From: Nitrospirota bacterium
GTDB taxonomy: Bacteria > JACPQY01
Reading direction: 5' to 3'
Length of the DNA stretch: 64,000 nucleotides
Assembly: GCA_016180645.1 (NCBI GenBank)
Contig: JACPAV010000002.1
Span: 174,628 to 238,627, forward strand
This document shows positions 63,089 through 64,000 of this stretch, in pieces. The notes under the pieces were generated by a model that saw only the letters and a program-made list of their open reading frames with translations, ran no database searches and was not told the origin of the DNA. The translations under genes and the position numbers were made by a program. Position 1 is the first letter of the stretch. Each line of letters opens with the position of its first letter.

Positions 63089-64000
63089 TCAGAGCTTTCT
63101 GGAGCGGAAATCCTTCAGCCGATGAAGAACCGCCTCGAGGATGCTTTTCGGATACAGCTTGCCCGCATAGTCGTTCCATCCCTTGCGGCCAAGGGATTCG
63201 AATTCAGCCATCGCCTCGGGCGAGGGCATCACCACCTGAATGCCCGAGCGGATCAATCCCCTCAAAGCGGTGTCATCGTCGGCCCGTGCGCGGGCGACCA
63301 TCTTGGGAGTGTACTTGCGCAAGGTGTCCGTCAGGATCCCTTGAAGATCGGCGGGCAATTCGTCCCACATTTTCTTCGAGCCGACCAGGGCCACGGGAAC
63401 ATACGAGAAGTTCAGGCGCGTCATGTATCGCACGTTTTTCTGGAGTTGAAATACGAGCAGGAAAAGCGGATTGATGAAAGCGGAATCCACCATCCCCGTC
63501 TGGAAGGCCTGGACCAGGTTCGTGACATCGATGGGGACACCCTTCATGGGAAACACGCGGAGAAACTCGTTGGCCAGGGGGATCTCCGACCACATCCAGA
63601 CCTTTCGAGAGGCCATATCCGAGACGGAAGCCACCGGCTGACTGGAGAAGAATTGGGTGAACCCGCCTACGTCGAACCAAAGCAAGAGCACCATTCCCTG
63701 TTTCTCAAACGCTCCGGCGAACGCTTCGAAAAGTCCCTCTCGCGCGTAGTCCACCTCTTCGTACGAGCGAAAGAGGAAGGGGAGAGACAGAACGGCCGTA
63801 TCCGGAACCACCGTTCCCATACCGCCGCTGAGGGCCACCGCGTCCACTTGGCCGATCCGGAGTTTCCGGATCATGTCGGTCTCTCCCCCAAGGACCCCGC
63901 CCGTGTAGAGAAGAAACTTCAGTCGCCCGCGGCTCTTCTCTTCGGCTTCCTGAAACCCCCCTCGTGCTTCATGAACGAGGGAAGATCCCTCGGGGGCCAA
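63089..64000 (-). CDS. TRAP-transporter solute-binding protein (DctP family), 5-prime end beyond window
   Basis: DctP-like fold features; no signal peptide in window and the ORF reaches the window edge, so the gene is truncated by the window. Confidence 0.55.
   Translation of the reverse strand: MAPEGSSLVHEARGGFQEAEEKSRGRLKFLLYTGGVLGGETDMIRKLRIGQVDAVALSGGMGTVVPDTAVLSLPFLFRSYEEVDYAREGLFEAFAGAFEKQGMVLLLWFDVGGFTQFFSSQPVASVSDMASRKVWMWSEIPLANEFLRVFPMKGVPIDVTNLVQAFQTGMVDSAFINPLFLLVFQLQKNVRYMTRLNFSYVPVALVGSKKMWDELPADLQGILTDTLRKYTPKMVARARADDDTALRGLIRSGIQVVMPSPEAMAEFESLGRKGWNDYAGKLYPKSILEAVLHRLKDFRSRKL

Noticed and set aside
1-64000. rRNA, tRNA, transposase, integrase or phage genes marking the glycan island as a mobile element
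   Set aside because: No such genes or tRNA-like structures were recognised by eye in this window; island boundaries and mobility cannot be assessed from this window alone.

Overview
GC-rich bacterial chromosomal window. Positions 1 to about 48,300 are one very large, tightly packed, mostly minus-strand surface-glycan biosynthesis and glycosylation island; the rest holds stress, toxin-antitoxin, lipid, transport and housekeeping genes. All calls are by motif recognition from the supplied six-frame translations plus my own reading of the DNA; no searches were run. The island contains a near-complete pseudaminic-acid-type nonulosonate pathway (PseB, NeuB/PseI, PseC, PseG-like, a formyltransferase), a second NeuB fused to a TIM-barrel isomerase domain, four CMP-sugar cytidylyltransferases, two Maf-like transferases, many glycosyltransferases and methyltransferases, and two B12-binding radical SAM enzymes. 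It also has a NusG-paralog antiterminator followed by an RBS-backed 64-aa ORF. The most unusual part is an operon (4797-15170) combining a SIS isomerase, a transaldolase/FSA-type enzyme, an HpcH/HpaI pyruvate aldolase, two SDRs, a KdsB-like cytidylyltransferase, a B12-radical SAM and a zinc-ribbon methyltransferase. I read this as a candidate non-canonical route to a methylated CMP-activated higher-carbon keto-sugar; this is inference only. A duplicated module of WbqC-like protein, small zinc-ribbon ORF and TagF-like (HP-motif) transferase is also present. Superimposed are CGAG-core heptanucleotide tandem repeats and palindromic 8-mer arrays at gene junctions and in-frame inside genes, and G/C homopolymer tracts of 7-10 nt in coding regions, suggesting slipped-strand variability. 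Three consensus TTGACA/TATAAT-like promoters mark operon heads. Outside the island: MerR(HspR-like) divergent from Hsp20, HigB/HigA, two OMP-like ORFs in a lower-GC patch, acyl-CoA synthetase, a TatT/TRAP-binding-protein pair, PurS, PlsY, a secreted lipoprotein, an XRE plus nucleotidyltransferase-like pair, a TolB-like propeller, a UbiB-family kinase and a partial TRAP binding protein. No rRNA, tRNA, CRISPR array, transposase or integrase was recognised. Caveat: in a few places my base counting disagreed by 1 nt with the ORF track, so motif and repeat coordinates are approximate (about +/-2 nt); CDS coordinates follow the track, with starts adjusted by codon arithmetic.
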